DNA of 64,000 nt. Source: Candidatus Dadabacteria bacterium. GTDB lineage: Bacteria; Desulfobacterota_D; UBA1144; Nemesobacterales; CSP1-2. The notes below the pieces were generated by a model, which did not search any database, was not told where the DNA came from, and worked only from the letters and a program-made list of their open reading frames with translations. A program made the position numbers and the translations under genes. This document shows positions 29,260-39,339 of this stretch, piece by piece (positions within the stretch are counted from its first letter, which is position 1; each line of letters starts with the position of its first letter). Where the stretch lies: positions 192,001-256,000 of the forward strand of contig CAWDVW010000005.1 in NCBI GenBank assembly GCA_963805855.1. The letters run 5' to 3'.

Positions 29260-30030
29260 TTATTCTTCAATAATCGCAACAGGCCTTGCCCAACCTGCGC
29301 TACCGCCTATTACCTTCATCGGAAAACAAGCTACTTTAAATCCATACGATGGCAATTGATCTAGGTTGGTGAGTTTTTCGATCTGGCAATATTCCCTCTC
29401 AATCCCTGCAAAATGTGCCCCCCATAAAACACTGCTGTCCCCTGTTTTCTTGAACTCCTCCACCATAGTCCAAAATGGTCTGTCCCATCCTGCGGAGTCG
29501 GTTCCCATCACCTTTACTCCCCGGTTACACAGCCAGAGGGTGGATTCCCTTCCCAAACCGGGGAACTGAGACCAGTACTCAATGGTGCCCCATAATTTGT
29601 CAGCGCCCGTCATAACAAGAACGATATCATATGGCTTTATTTCATATGGAATTTTACGAAGCGCTTCTTCGAGGTCAGTTATATCTATTAACTCACCCGA
29701 GCCTTTGTGTCTCATATCTATTACTACACCGTCACCGTAAAACCATTCAACCGGAAGCTCATCAATTGTCTTTGCCTTTTTCCCCTCTGACTTTGGATGG
29801 TAATGCCAGGGGGCATCTATATGCGTGCCAACGTGTGTTCCGAGTGTCACATAATCATTAGCCCACCCCAGCCCGTCCGGAAGGTCCTCTTTCTTACAAC
29901 CAAACCTCTTCATCAAATATTCGGCAGTATCCGCGTGATCTTCGTGCTGTATTTCCAAACGCTGGTGCTCTGGCCCAGGAGCTGGCTCAATTCTTATGCT
30001 AAGGTCAATAAGTTTTCTTTTTTCAGACAT
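29260..30030 (-). CDS. Cyclase family (kynurenine formamidase-like) metal hydrolase
   Basis: HVGTHIDAPWH motif, GTD, IEKLTNLDQLP, R.VA. Confidence 0.92.
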   Translation of the reverse strand: MSEKRKLIDLSIRIEPAPGPEHQRLEIQHEDHADTAEYLMKRFGCKKEDLPDGLGWANDYVTLGTHVGTHIDAPWHYHPKSEGKKAKTIDELPVEWFYGDGVVIDMRHKGSGELIDITDLEEALRKIPYEIKPYDIVLVMTGADKLWGTIEYWSQFPGLGRESTLWLCNRGVKVMGTDSAGWDRPFWTMVEEFKKTGDSSVLWGAHFAGIEREYCQIEKLTNLDQLPSYGFKVACFPMKVIGGSAGWARPVAIIEE

Positions 30031-30072
30031 TGGAGAGAAGATTGACTCATCCAGGTTAAAATTTTAAATACC

Positions 30073-30519
30073 CTAGAGTTGAGAGGCACAATGAGCACAT
30101 TTTGTAGCTCTTAAGGGTATTGCAGATAAGCAGTAGGTACACTCCTTTGTCGTTGGCTCGGCTGGCGGTGCCTCCTGCTCACGTTTAAGTTTGTTTATAC
30201 TGCGGACAAGCAAATAGACAGCGAAGGCAACGATGATAAAACTGATGATTGTATTTATAAACTTACCATAAAAAATAGCAACGGCCCCTGCCTTTTCAGC
30301 ATCTGCAAGTGAAGCGTATGGACCAGCAGGCGTTCCATCTTTCAGCACAGCGAAGAGGTTTGAGAAGTCAACATTTCCCAAAAGAAGCCCAATCGGCGGC
30401 ATGATCACATCATTTACGAGCGATGTCACAATGGTACCAAAAGCAGCTCCAATTATGATGCCGACAGCCATGTCCACGACATTTCCCTTAACGGCAAACT
30501 CTTTAAAATCTTCTAACAT
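30073..30519 (-). CDS. mscL: Large-conductance mechanosensitive channel with C-terminal Zn-ribbon
   Basis: [22 protein letters not shown]; tail CTYC..CAHC. Confidence 0.97.
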   Translation of the reverse strand: MLEDFKEFAVKGNVVDMAVGIIIGAAFGTIVTSLVNDVIMPPIGLLLGNVDFSNLFAVLKDGTPAGPYASLADAEKAGAVAIFYGKFINTIISFIIVAFAVYLLVRSINKLKREQEAPPAEPTTKECTYCLSAIPLRATKCAHCASQL

Positions 30520-30765
30520 GTCAATACCCTCTTTGGTCTTACTTCATTTGTACTTTCAGATAAAATTAAATCTCAATGATTGTTACTAATGACTGAGAAA
30601 TTGAAGCACACAAATTGAATTTAAAACATTCTGAGTAGAATAGTCAAGCAAAATTTACGATTGATTCAACTCTCTCATTTACCTGTAAATCAGCTGTCGA
30701 ATTGAGATTTAAAATTTACACATTCGCGAAACAATCGGTTAAAACTAGGCAAGATAATCGTATTT

Positions 30766-32034
30766 TTACCGGAGCTGTGATAATAGGTTTTCAATCTGTT
30801 CTACGGCATTAGCTACCCCTTTCTCAGTCCGTATTTTTTCACTCAGTGCAGTGGCATGCCCCTGAATTTCGGCACTGTTAACGGCGATATTGATTGATGT
30901 TGCTAACCGTTCAGCAGTCAGCTTTTTAAATGGTATCGGCTTAGTACCCACACCCAACTCGGACACCCTTCTCCCCCAAAATGGCTGATCAACAAAGAAC
31001 GGAACAATCACCGAGGGTTTTCCCACCCTTAGAACCGAGGCCGTCGTTCCCGCACCTCCATGATGAACCACTGCAGCCATTCTAGGAAATAGCCAACCGT
31101 GTGGGGCAGAATCGATTTTGATTACACTGTCAGGCAGATCCGTGCCACCAAGACATCCCCAACCGTTTAATAAAACCCCTCTTTGGTTTGAAAGCTTCAA
31201 TGCCTTTAAAACCATAGCTCTTACAGATTGAGGATCATGAAGGGTCATGCTGCCAAATCCTACATAAACCGGCGGCTTACCTCGTGAGAGAAATTCTACT
31301 AATTCGACCGGTGGAGACCAACCTGTTTCGTTCTCGAGAAACCAGTAGCCAGTGACCTTAATATTTTCGCCCCAGTCAGGCGGCTTTGGAAAGACTGATG
31401 GGCTGATGCCGTATAGAACCAAGCTCTCCTTTCTTCGCCTGCTTTGAAAAGATTTTATACCCAGGGGTGGTAAGTCCAAATACCTTCTACGTAATTCATT
31501 TATAATAGCTCTATACGGCAACCAAGTCATCAATTCGTATATCTTCCATGAGAAGAGATTTAACATTCTACCGAGATTGCGCTGAGTTGGTGATAAGAAA
31601 CTGGGTATCTGCGTTGTGGGGTGCGCTGGCGCCAGGTAGGCCGCGACAGCAGAAATATTTAGCTTTTCTGCAACATGGAGAGCAAAAAACGTGCTGAACG
31701 GAGAATAAACTACAAGATCAGATGCCTCGCAAGCATTCAGACAGTCAAGACCGGTTTGGATAAAGCTTGGTCTTACCATCCGGCTAAAGTTTATCCACGA
31801 TCTAAATGGATTAGACCCGTTTTTTAGCGCCTCCTGCCCAGCCCTGCTTTCTAACGTTTTCTTAGGATCCACCTTTATCAAAAAAAACCCCAGCCCATTA
31901 CTCTGGACAACGCCCTCAAATATCGCGTGTGTCGCAACTGCTACGTCATGTCCCTTTGATTTTAGCCCCAAGCCCAGCGCGACAAGTGGTTGAACATCAC
32001 CACGTGATCCGATCGCAATTATCGTGATCTTCAT
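30766..32034 (-). CDS. GT1 glycosyltransferase (sterol 3-beta-glucosyltransferase-like)
   Basis: GSRGDVQP, P.PPDW, TGYWFL, YVGFGSM, PHGWLFP, VHHGGAGTT, PFFVDQPFWG. Confidence 0.9.
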   Translation of the reverse strand: MKITIIAIGSRGDVQPLVALGLGLKSKGHDVAVATHAIFEGVVQSNGLGFFLIKVDPKKTLESRAGQEALKNGSNPFRSWINFSRMVRPSFIQTGLDCLNACEASDLVVYSPFSTFFALHVAEKLNISAVAAYLAPAHPTTQIPSFLSPTQRNLGRMLNLFSWKIYELMTWLPYRAIINELRRRYLDLPPLGIKSFQSRRRKESLVLYGISPSVFPKPPDWGENIKVTGYWFLENETGWSPPVELVEFLSRGKPPVYVGFGSMTLHDPQSVRAMVLKALKLSNQRGVLLNGWGCLGGTDLPDSVIKIDSAPHGWLFPRMAAVVHHGGAGTTASVLRVGKPSVIVPFFVDQPFWGRRVSELGVGTKPIPFKKLTAERLATSINIAVNSAEIQGHATALSEKIRTEKGVANAVEQIENLLSQLR

Positions 32035-32071
32035 AAATATATTCCCAATTGTCTAAAATCGAAGAAGCGAT

Positions 32072-33058
32072 TCACCTAATATAACCATTTTCTTTAAACC
32101 ACGCTACGGTTTTTTCCATTGTCTTGTCAATTGAGGTCTGTGGAAATCCTAGCTCACGGACAGATTTGGAACTGTCGAAATACCATTTTAGACTCGTAGC
32201 CTTTACAGAATCTGTATCAAGTAAAACAAAGCTCGAGAACGGTAATCGGAGCAGGCGTTCAAACAAATAGCCACCCCCCAGAGCTAATATATAAGGAATC
32301 TTCAATTTCGGACTACTAATCCCTGTGACTTTTTCGAGAAGGGTAAAAAGCTCTTTAATACTATAGTTCTTGTTAGCCAATACATAACGCTCGCCTGGCC
32401 TTCCGTTCTCTGCTGCCAATAGATGGCCCTCTGCAACATCGTCGACACTAACCAAATTAACGCCGCCATCTATGTATCCCGGGTATCTCCTTTTACAGTA
32501 CATTACGACAAATCCACATGAAGCAAGATATATATCCCCCGGTCCCACAACTACTGATGGATTTACAATGACAAGAGGCAAACCCTTTTTGTGTATTCTT
32601 AAGGCTTCATTCTCAGCATCGTGCTTTGTGTTTATATATTGAATTCCTAAATGCTCAAGGTTGAAGGGGGTCTCCTCATTCGCGACACCTCCATCAGGGT
32701 CAACCCCAATAGCCGCTATACTGCTAGTGTAAACCGCTCTTTCCACCCCTTCATCCAAGGCGGCTGAAAGTATATTTATCGTCCCATTGACATTTACATC
32801 GCGCATTTTCTTGTAATGCGCCTTCTTAGATGAAACTAGCCCTGCCACATGGTACAAGGTATCGCATCCTTTTATGGCCGCTCTGATCGATTCACTATCA
32901 AGAACATCTCCATAAACCCTTTCAACATCAAGACCATCAATGTTTGAAGTCTTACTTGTCTTTCTTACTAGAACTCTAACCCTCTCACCCCTTTCGACGA
33001 GCTTCCTAGCGACATGAGAACCTATAAATCCTGTAGCTCCTGTCACAAGTGTGGGCAT
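32072..33058 (-). CDS. Extended SDR, NAD-dependent epimerase/dehydratase (HpnA/DFR/3-beta-HSD-like)
   Basis: LVTGATGFIG, YTSS, YINTK (YxxxK), VNPSVVVGPGD, VDDVAEGH, GRPGERY. Confidence 0.9.
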   Translation of the reverse strand: MPTLVTGATGFIGSHVARKLVERGERVRVLVRKTSKTSNIDGLDVERVYGDVLDSESIRAAIKGCDTLYHVAGLVSSKKAHYKKMRDVNVNGTINILSAALDEGVERAVYTSSIAAIGVDPDGGVANEETPFNLEHLGIQYINTKHDAENEALRIHKKGLPLVIVNPSVVVGPGDIYLASCGFVVMYCKRRYPGYIDGGVNLVSVDDVAEGHLLAAENGRPGERYVLANKNYSIKELFTLLEKVTGISSPKLKIPYILALGGGYLFERLLRLPFSSFVLLDTDSVKATSLKWYFDSSKSVRELGFPQTSIDKTMEKTVAWFKENGYIR

Positions 33059-33346
33059 AAGATACCTTCCTAGAATAAAGACATAGGATTTGATACTAGA
33101 AAGTCAACCCTGACTTATTTTCAAGAGTTAACTGAGTGTTAACAAATATGGATTAGGCAATGCAGTCATTTATTGATTTCTTTGTTTTCTCGCCACAACC
33201 CCTTACCCTTTTCCTTCGCTTCACTCTCCAATTTCGAAAAGTATTTATCGTATCTTAATTAGTGAGAAGGACGCCAGCCGAACAGATAACAAAATCAAAA
33301 TAGGACATCAAAAATTAGTTGCCGACACGAACCCTTAGTAAACCAA

Positions 33347-33769
33347 TTAATCAGACTTCTTTACGGTATAAAACTTATATGACTTGACGTCTCTTCCATC
33401 GGCAGTCTTTCTAATATTACCAACAGTCACTCCCATCTCATTTCCAATCTTGAGCTCGTCGAAATTATCTGTTTCAACCTGTGCCATGACCCTCACCTTT
33501 TCAGGAAAATCTACAAGGGCAAGCGCGTATGGTACAGGGAAGTCGGGCAGACTCCTCCTAACAATCGTGTACGTATGCAGAATACCTGTCGGACTCAAGA
33601 ATCTCTCTTCCACATCCTCAGAAAAGCTTTTTGGATCTACCAGGTATTTAGGAAAAGTATAGCTATCCGACTCTTTATAATAACCGGCTACAAGCCTAAC
33701 AGTTCCAGCCCTGTCGGTTCCAAACAACTCCGGAAACATCACTTCATCATTTTTCTTGATTTCGCCCAT
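33347..33769 (-). CDS. DUF35-type OB-fold protein lacking Zn-ribbon cysteines
   Basis: G.LHTYTIV, PVPYALALVD, RVMAQV, L.IG.EM; no Cys in the N-terminal region. Confidence 0.82.
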   Translation of the reverse strand: MGEIKKNDEVMFPELFGTDRAGTVRLVAGYYKESDSYTFPKYLVDPKSFSEDVEERFLSPTGILHTYTIVRRSLPDFPVPYALALVDFPEKVRVMAQVETDNFDELKIGNEMGVTVGNIRKTADGRDVKSYKFYTVKKSD

Positions 33770-33905
33770 TTGCGAATACCTCCATCATCGATGTTCAAAA
33801 TATTTTCTTGTCTAGAGAATCTGATACCGCAATATAATACAAGTAATTTCATTTAAATCAAAATCATTCTTGCTTGGAACTACGTTATCCACGATATTCA
33901 ATCAA

Positions 33906-34411
33906 TGAAGCCCCCTGCAGCGAGCTGCAGGGTATCATAATATAAACTGAACGTCTCAAATGTCATTGCTGTAGATGCTAGATATTTCCTGTACAAAACC
34001 CAAAAAATAATAAATCTCTAGGAAATTTACTCATCCGTCATGCTCGAACGTTTTTATCGGGGATCCATCGTATAATTTTTTATTTTCTTTGTCTTGATAC
34101 AAAGAAACAAAAATCAAGGGCTGTCAAAAAATTAGGAATTATTAAATCAATTCCTTCAGCTAAAAATATTTAATCCAACCACAACCCCAAATCTTTTTTT
34201 AACGCTTCCGGAATTGATTGTGGCAATTTTTTGAATGCCCATTTAAGATCTGAGATACTGTCCCTGAATTATCTAACATCTACAATTGCAAGGAGCGAAG
34301 CGACGAAGCAATCTGAAAATGAGATTGCTTCACGGAGCCTGCACTGAGGAATGCGAATGTGTTCGCAATGACAGGCAGGGGGAAACCCTGTAGCAAGCTA
34401 CAGGCAATTCA
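33906..34411 (+). mobile_element. Nested non-autonomous element, copy A
   Basis: Terminal hairpins CCCTGCAG-CGAG-CTGCAGGG (33913) and CCTGTAGC-AA-GCTACAGG (34387); GTCATTGC..GCAATGAC REP; core 33970-34284 with TIRs and ATTGC direct repeats; homologous to 46432-46994. Confidence 0.88.
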
Positions 34412-34415
34412 CTAG

Positions 34416-35291
34416 TTAAACTAGTTGTCCTTGAGTCTTCAAAATTTTTTTCACCTCTTTAACACCAAATGCAAGCAGAAAAAATAATGATGCGACAACA
34501 GTTATCGAGGCCCCGGTTGGAATAGAAAGTATAAATGAGAAAAAATATCCCAAGACTGCTGAGAGAATACCGATAATAACTGAGAATATAAAAATCATAA
34601 TTAGCTTTTCGGTGAGAAAGAGGGCCGTGAGGGGCGGCAGAGCAATAAGTCCAAAGACAGGTAGTGCGCCCAGGGCCCTCGTAGTAACCGCGACTATAAT
34701 ACCGACGGTCAACAGCAAAATAGTATTGAGAAATCTAACGGGATATTTATATAAAATCGCCGTTTCCTGATCGAAAGAAACGAAAATGAAATCCTTATAG
34801 AACACCAAATGAACAATAATGGTTATCAAGGCAACCGAAGGTATTACATAAACATCCGTCGGCTCGACAACTACGGCGCTTCCAAATAGAATATCTGCTA
34901 TATCATGGGCTCCTTTAGTTATACGGTCACCAAGTATCACCACAAGCCCCGACGCAATCAGGAAACCAAATGCTATAACTCCTTCCTGGCTGATCGGGAA
35001 AAAATCCCTTTTCAAAGCAAAAAACAAGGCAGCCAGTGCGGTGAAAATCAATGACATCGTAAATGGATCAATCAAGTGACCAAGTGAGCTTACAACTGCA
35101 AGTCCCTGGAGATAAAAGGCAAGCGCCACACTGAAACTTGAAACCTGAGTCAATGCTGCACTCACAAAAATAACCCTTCTGAGTACAACATAAACCCCAA
35201 GATACCCGCAAATTGCTCCTGAAACAGCGCCTACGATCATAGGGTCCCGCCAAAGAAAGTAACTGTTTACAAATTCAGTAATTGATTCCAT
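34416..35291 (-). CDS. Metal ABC transporter permease (ZnuB/MntB family)
   Basis: CGYLGVYVVLRR, ILFGS, FVSFD.E.A, SIPTGASI. Confidence 0.92.
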   Translation of the reverse strand: MESITEFVNSYFLWRDPMIVGAVSGAICGYLGVYVVLRRVIFVSAALTQVSSFSVALAFYLQGLAVVSSLGHLIDPFTMSLIFTALAALFFALKRDFFPISQEGVIAFGFLIASGLVVILGDRITKGAHDIADILFGSAVVVEPTDVYVIPSVALITIIVHLVFYKDFIFVSFDQETAILYKYPVRFLNTILLLTVGIIVAVTTRALGALPVFGLIALPPLTALFLTEKLIMIFIFSVIIGILSAVLGYFFSFILSIPTGASITVVASLFFLLAFGVKEVKKILKTQGQLV

Positions 35292-35460
35292 TTCTCAATC
35301 TTTACTAGTTGCCTAGCTTTTGTATAGGCTATGTTGAAACATTCGGAACGATCAAAAACCTTAATTCATCAAGAAATAATTTCCTCCCATTGTACTAGGC
35401 ACGGGTAATTTACGCTCTAATTCATGCTAGAATCTTAGCCCAAGAATCGAAATACGTTAT

Positions 35461-36210
35461 TCAAACTAATCTTCCTAACCTGTCGGGTACCTGGCCAAGG
35501 CTCATGTCTATTCCAAATATCTCGCTTATGATCTCATCGGTTAGAATGTCGTCTTTAATCCCTGCTTTGAAGATACCGTTATCTTTATCGATTACCATTA
35601 CATGGTCTGCAAATCTTGATACTGTGTTTAAAAAATGACTCACCATTAGAACCGTAAGTTTACTTTCCTCTCTTACCCTCTCGACGTGCTTCATGATTTC
35701 AGTTTCTCCCCTGACGTCAACAGAAGCTGTAGGTTCGTCGAGGATCAGTATATCAGGGGTACCTGCTATTGCTCGGGCAAGGAGAGCTCGCTGTTTTTCA
35801 CCTCCCGAGAGCGATCTGAATGGACGATTCTTTAAGTGAGAGATTTCAAGTTTATCGAGAGAATTCTCGACTATATCACGGTCTGACTGCCTCGGTCTTC
35901 TGCCGACTGGAATACGACCATGCCTCCCCATCATGACGATTTCATACACCGAGGTCGGGAAAATCCTGTCAAAAATTTCAGTTTGAGGAACATAGCCAAA
36001 TACCATATTATCCCGGTAGTCTATTCGACCAGACACTTGCGGGATAAGCCCCAGTATTGTCTTAATCAATGTGCTCTTGCCCCCTCCATTGGGTCCTATG
36101 ATCCCCCAATACTCCCCCTTTTGAATCGACAGGTTTATCGATTTTGAAAAGCCCTCGTTTAAATATCCGATGGACACGTCCTTAAGCTCAATCAGAGGTT
36201 TTAATTTCAT
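35461..36210 (-). CDS. Metal ABC transporter ATP-binding protein
   Basis: GPNGGGKST, GYVPQ, LSGGEKQR, LILDEP, VSH. Confidence 0.95.
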   Translation of the reverse strand: MKLKPLIELKDVSIGYLNEGFSKSINLSIQKGEYWGIIGPNGGGKSTLIKTILGLIPQVSGRIDYRDNMVFGYVPQTEIFDRIFPTSVYEIVMMGRHGRIPVGRRPRQSDRDIVENSLDKLEISHLKNRPFRSLSGGEKQRALLARAIAGTPDILILDEPTASVDVRGETEIMKHVERVREESKLTVLMVSHFLNTVSRFADHVMVIDKDNGIFKAGIKDDILTDEIISEIFGIDMSLGQVPDRLGRLV

Positions 36211-36283
36211 GATTTTATTTTATCGCCCATAAATCTAGAACCTTAGCTACCCCTGTGCCAACTTCATGAAATCGACATGATAT

Positions 36284-37252
36284 TTATGTAGCCTTTTCAA
36301 TGTTCTTCACTTTACTTAAAGCTCCTGTGAGCTCATTTACGATTGTATCAATTAGTTGCGTATAGGTATCAATCCCCTCCCTCGCCCCGACGCTGGACGG
36401 AAGTACAAGAAACTCTGTCCCAGTTTTCTCGGCAATTATACGGGCCGTTTTTTGAGGATAGAAGGACTCGGCTATCACAAGTTTAACATTCTGATTCTTC
36501 ATATTCTCAATCAATTTAGCAACATGGGATGGTGTAGGAGGAATTCCAGGCTTTGGTTCAATCCATCCGACTTCTTCTAAGCCTGCCCAGTTTGCAAAAT
36601 AATCCCAACTCTTGTGGTAGGCCACTATCTTAGTGCCCTTAAAAGGCGCAAGTTGGGCCTCCCACACCCCGATCTTTTTGATTAGCCTATCGGCAAATTG
36701 CTTAAAATTGTCTTCATAAAATGAGGCATTTTCAGGATCGATTTGTCCCAGTCTATGCGCAATCCCTTTTGCGACCAAAATACCATTTCTTGGGTTGAGC
36801 ATATAGTGAGGATTTCCAAAGGGATGTATGTCTCCCATACTCCTGTCAATTCTCGTTGTTGGAACCTCCAGTATGTTAGTTATTAAGGTTGAAGCGTCAA
36901 GACGGCCTGGCGCCGAAAGTGCCGTAATGTTTGAATTCCTTGAACCTGTAATGAGAACGGGGAGCCAACCTATCTCCAGATCTAAGCCTTGATATATCAG
37001 TAAATCGGCTCTATTCAGGTCTCGGATAAAACTTGGTTTAGCGTCGACAAAATGCGGGTTCTGGTAACCTTTACCGATGCTTCTCACCTCTACTTTGTCT
37101 CCACCGATCTCCTTAGCAATTGCCGCAAAATCGGGAAGAGAAGTAACTACCCTAACCCTGGCAAATAAATCCTGAGTCGGAAAAAGAGTCAGTCCTAACG
37201 AAAAAGATACCACGAAAAATAAGACGATTTGGGGAAATTTATACAAGCTCAT
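36284..37252 (-). CDS. Metal ABC transporter substrate-binding protein (cluster A-I)
   Basis: Start reassigned to MSLYKFPQ at 37252 (GGGAGG RBS, no overlap with upstream gene); NPHFVDAKP, GDIHPFGNPHY, YHKSW.YF, EPKPGIPP. Confidence 0.92.
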   Translation of the reverse strand: MSLYKFPQIVLFFVVSFSLGLTLFPTQDLFARVRVVTSLPDFAAIAKEIGGDKVEVRSIGKGYQNPHFVDAKPSFIRDLNRADLLIYQGLDLEIGWLPVLITGSRNSNITALSAPGRLDASTLITNILEVPTTRIDRSMGDIHPFGNPHYMLNPRNGILVAKGIAHRLGQIDPENASFYEDNFKQFADRLIKKIGVWEAQLAPFKGTKIVAYHKSWDYFANWAGLEEVGWIEPKPGIPPTPSHVAKLIENMKNQNVKLVIAESFYPQKTARIIAEKTGTEFLVLPSSVGAREGIDTYTQLIDTIVNELTGALSKVKNIEKAT

Positions 37253-37277
37253 TTTCTTAGCCTCCCTTTCATAGTTT

Positions 37278-38639
37278 CTAAAATGGGTGCGCCCCATGGG
37301 CACCCATTGCCCACTCAAATTGGAGAAAAAAAGCACTAACATTCCTGGCGAAGTCGGGATTTGTAAAATCGTACTCAAGCTTAAATCTCGTAAACTCTGT
37401 TGGACTGAAGGTAAGCATTGGTGATATACGGTACTCTCTGCCGGGAAGACCAAGCATTTGATCCTCGGGGCCACCCGGTGGAATTGGCACAGGAGTATTG
37501 GTATCAGTTAAGCCAAGCCTGACACCGGTATTCCATCTCTTTGCAAAACGATAAACTACCTGGGAATAAAACCCCCAATCCTTCAGGCTTTCATCAGGCG
37601 TCTGTGACCTCCTCGACATAAATTCAGACTGCAGCATGACCGCTTGATATGGATTATTGAGTAAGGGCCGATACTTGGCGAACACGTCTGCCCCCCAAAG
37701 GTAAGAGCGATTCTTTTCCCCTGTACCATCAGGCCCGGTCGCAAACGAAGCTCCGAGAGCAAGTGATAGTGAATCTGAGATCTCAAAAAAGTTAGCGACG
37801 TGAAAAACGTAGAGTAGCAACCCTAGATTGTTCATATCTTCATCCGGCGCAAAAGTCGGCGTTTCCAGGTCAAAAGGGCTATTAACCGAAGCGTTCAGCT
37901 CTAAGAACCATGGGACTGGTACTAAAATATTAGCCTCAATTCCCGTGGGATTGAGATGCTCTGCTAGGAATCTCGCGGCAACAAGAGGTAAAGTTACAAA
38001 GTCTTGATTGTGTCTGTGTATCTGATTGATTCTCCCGAACTTACTCCTCATAACCCCACCCCTGAACTGGAGACCAAGCGGAAGAGAAAAGAGACTTGTA
38101 CCATAAATTTCTTCGACCTCGAATCCTTCTCTCGTAAACGAAATAAAACTGTCAAATCTAAAATATGGATCTACTACACTTTGAAACCCTATTTCACCTT
38201 CCTGAAAATTAACGCCCGTATTTTGTGGGTCATTTTCGACAAGCATCGGAGGATTATTCGTAGAATAGTATGCTGCTGCAAACAGTCCAATTACGCTTAT
38301 ATCCGGATTAAGGGTCTGCAGAGTTCTTTGGAAAAAGCCCTCTTTGGGAAGAGAAGCCTCGGTAATCTGCTTGATCTCTTCCTCCGATTTCTTTTCTTCC
38401 TCTGCTTTCTTGGCCCGGCTCTCTAATTCCATATTTTTCTTTTCAAGCTCCTCCAATTTTTGTTGCATTTGCTGCATCTGCTGACGAAGCTCCTGTATCT
38501 GTTTTTTTATGTCCCCTTCTTCACCCACGGCCTGATTTGATGAAATCAAACTAGAAAAGAAAAAGGACAGTGCACAAGTAACAATTATTTTATTTAATAG
38601 GGATATTCCGAAATACCCTATATATAGGCGGAATACCAT
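37278..38639 (-). CDS. Outer-membrane beta-barrel protein associated with metal uptake
   Basis: Signal peptide, coiled coil, LNPDISVIG, VDPYFR, FGRIN..H.H, amphipathic strands, C-terminal GAHGAHPF. Confidence 0.82.
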   Translation of the reverse strand: MVFRLYIGYFGISLLNKIIVTCALSFFFSSLISSNQAVGEEGDIKKQIQELRQQMQQMQQKLEELEKKNMELESRAKKAEEEKKSEEEIKQITEASLPKEGFFQRTLQTLNPDISVIGLFAAAYYSTNNPPMLVENDPQNTGVNFQEGEIGFQSVVDPYFRFDSFISFTREGFEVEEIYGTSLFSLPLGLQFRGGVMRSKFGRINQIHRHNQDFVTLPLVAARFLAEHLNPTGIEANILVPVPWFLELNASVNSPFDLETPTFAPDEDMNNLGLLLYVFHVANFFEISDSLSLALGASFATGPDGTGEKNRSYLWGADVFAKYRPLLNNPYQAVMLQSEFMSRRSQTPDESLKDWGFYSQVVYRFAKRWNTGVRLGLTDTNTPVPIPPGGPEDQMLGLPGREYRISPMLTFSPTEFTRFKLEYDFTNPDFARNVSAFFLQFEWAMGAHGAHPF

Positions 38640-38650
38640 ATCTCACCTCC

Positions 38651-38692
38651 AAAACTAAAGTAAGTCAGACTGCTCTAAGACGGCTGACTCAC
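38651..38692 (-). terminator. Terminator/attenuator-like hairpin directly upstream of the RBS
   Basis: Minus-strand RNA GUGAGUCAG..CUGACUUAC (includes a G-U pair) followed by UUUAGUUUU, then GGAGG. Confidence 0.6.
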
Positions 38693-38726
38693 AATGTATT
38701 TGTTGAAAAAATATTGAGGAGATATG

Positions 38727-39050
38727 TCAGGCAACCGGAGGTGAGCGGGGTGAATAGTTAAATCGGAAATACGATGAAGGGATTATAAGATCGCTATTGA
38801 CATAAGTTATTAATCGACTAAATCGATTGAAAGCAATATTTATAACTTTATTTGTCTGTCTTAAATTGCCGCTCAAACGGCAGGCAGAGCAATATTCAAT
38901 ATTGTGACCAGGATAACCTGATTCAGTCTTATAAACTCCATCAGGTAAAGAGGAACCAAAATAGAAGACATGATTATGCAACCCAAGTGAGAGAACAAAT
39001 ATTACAACTAGAAACCAGATCGATATCTTCGTATAATTTTTAAATCTCAT
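38727..39050 (-). CDS. DUF2946-like leader protein (CxxC, C-terminal RSPP)
   Basis: TM/signal helix, HNH, H...CSAC, terminal PRSPPVA; start reassigned to the ATG at 39050 because the TTG at 39116 is part of the -35 box. Confidence 0.75.
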   Translation of the reverse strand: MRFKNYTKISIWFLVVIFVLSLGLHNHVFYFGSSLPDGVYKTESGYPGHNIEYCSACRLSGNLRQTNKVINIAFNRFSRLITYVNSDLIIPSSYFRFNYSPRSPPVA

Positions 39051-39087
39051 CACTTTAGCTTTATCGAATCGGAGTATATGATCGCTA

Positions 39088-39116
39088 CTTATATCACAAA
39101 CAAAACGCTCTGTCAA
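39088..39116 (-). promoter_or_regulatory. Sigma-70 promoter of the metal uptake operon
   Basis: Minus strand TTGACA-N17-TATAAG. Confidence 0.65.
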
Positions 39117-39339
39117 TCAAAATACTTATTGATCGACCTTTCACCAAATTAAGCCCCCACTACTTATTATGTCTATAAATTTTTATCCTTCTTTCCTGAA
39201 TTTCATATGCTTCGCCGATATGGCAGACCTAGGTATCTTTTATAGAATTGTCATAATAAAATCTTGTTTACGATATAATGTAAGTTACGAATCAATCGTG
39301 AAAAATTAAACTGAGACAGGTAATCATAATACGGGAGAT

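Noticed and set aside
2604-33901. Exact 15-mer ATCCACGATATTCAA at 2604 and 33887
   Set aside because: A few such matches are expected by chance in 64 kb; no sigma-54 box seen at the second site
36245-36260. Sigma-54-like TGGCACAGGGGTAGCT before the ABC ATPase
   Set aside because: -12 box deviates (TAGC), operon-internal, no enhancer seen; too weak to call
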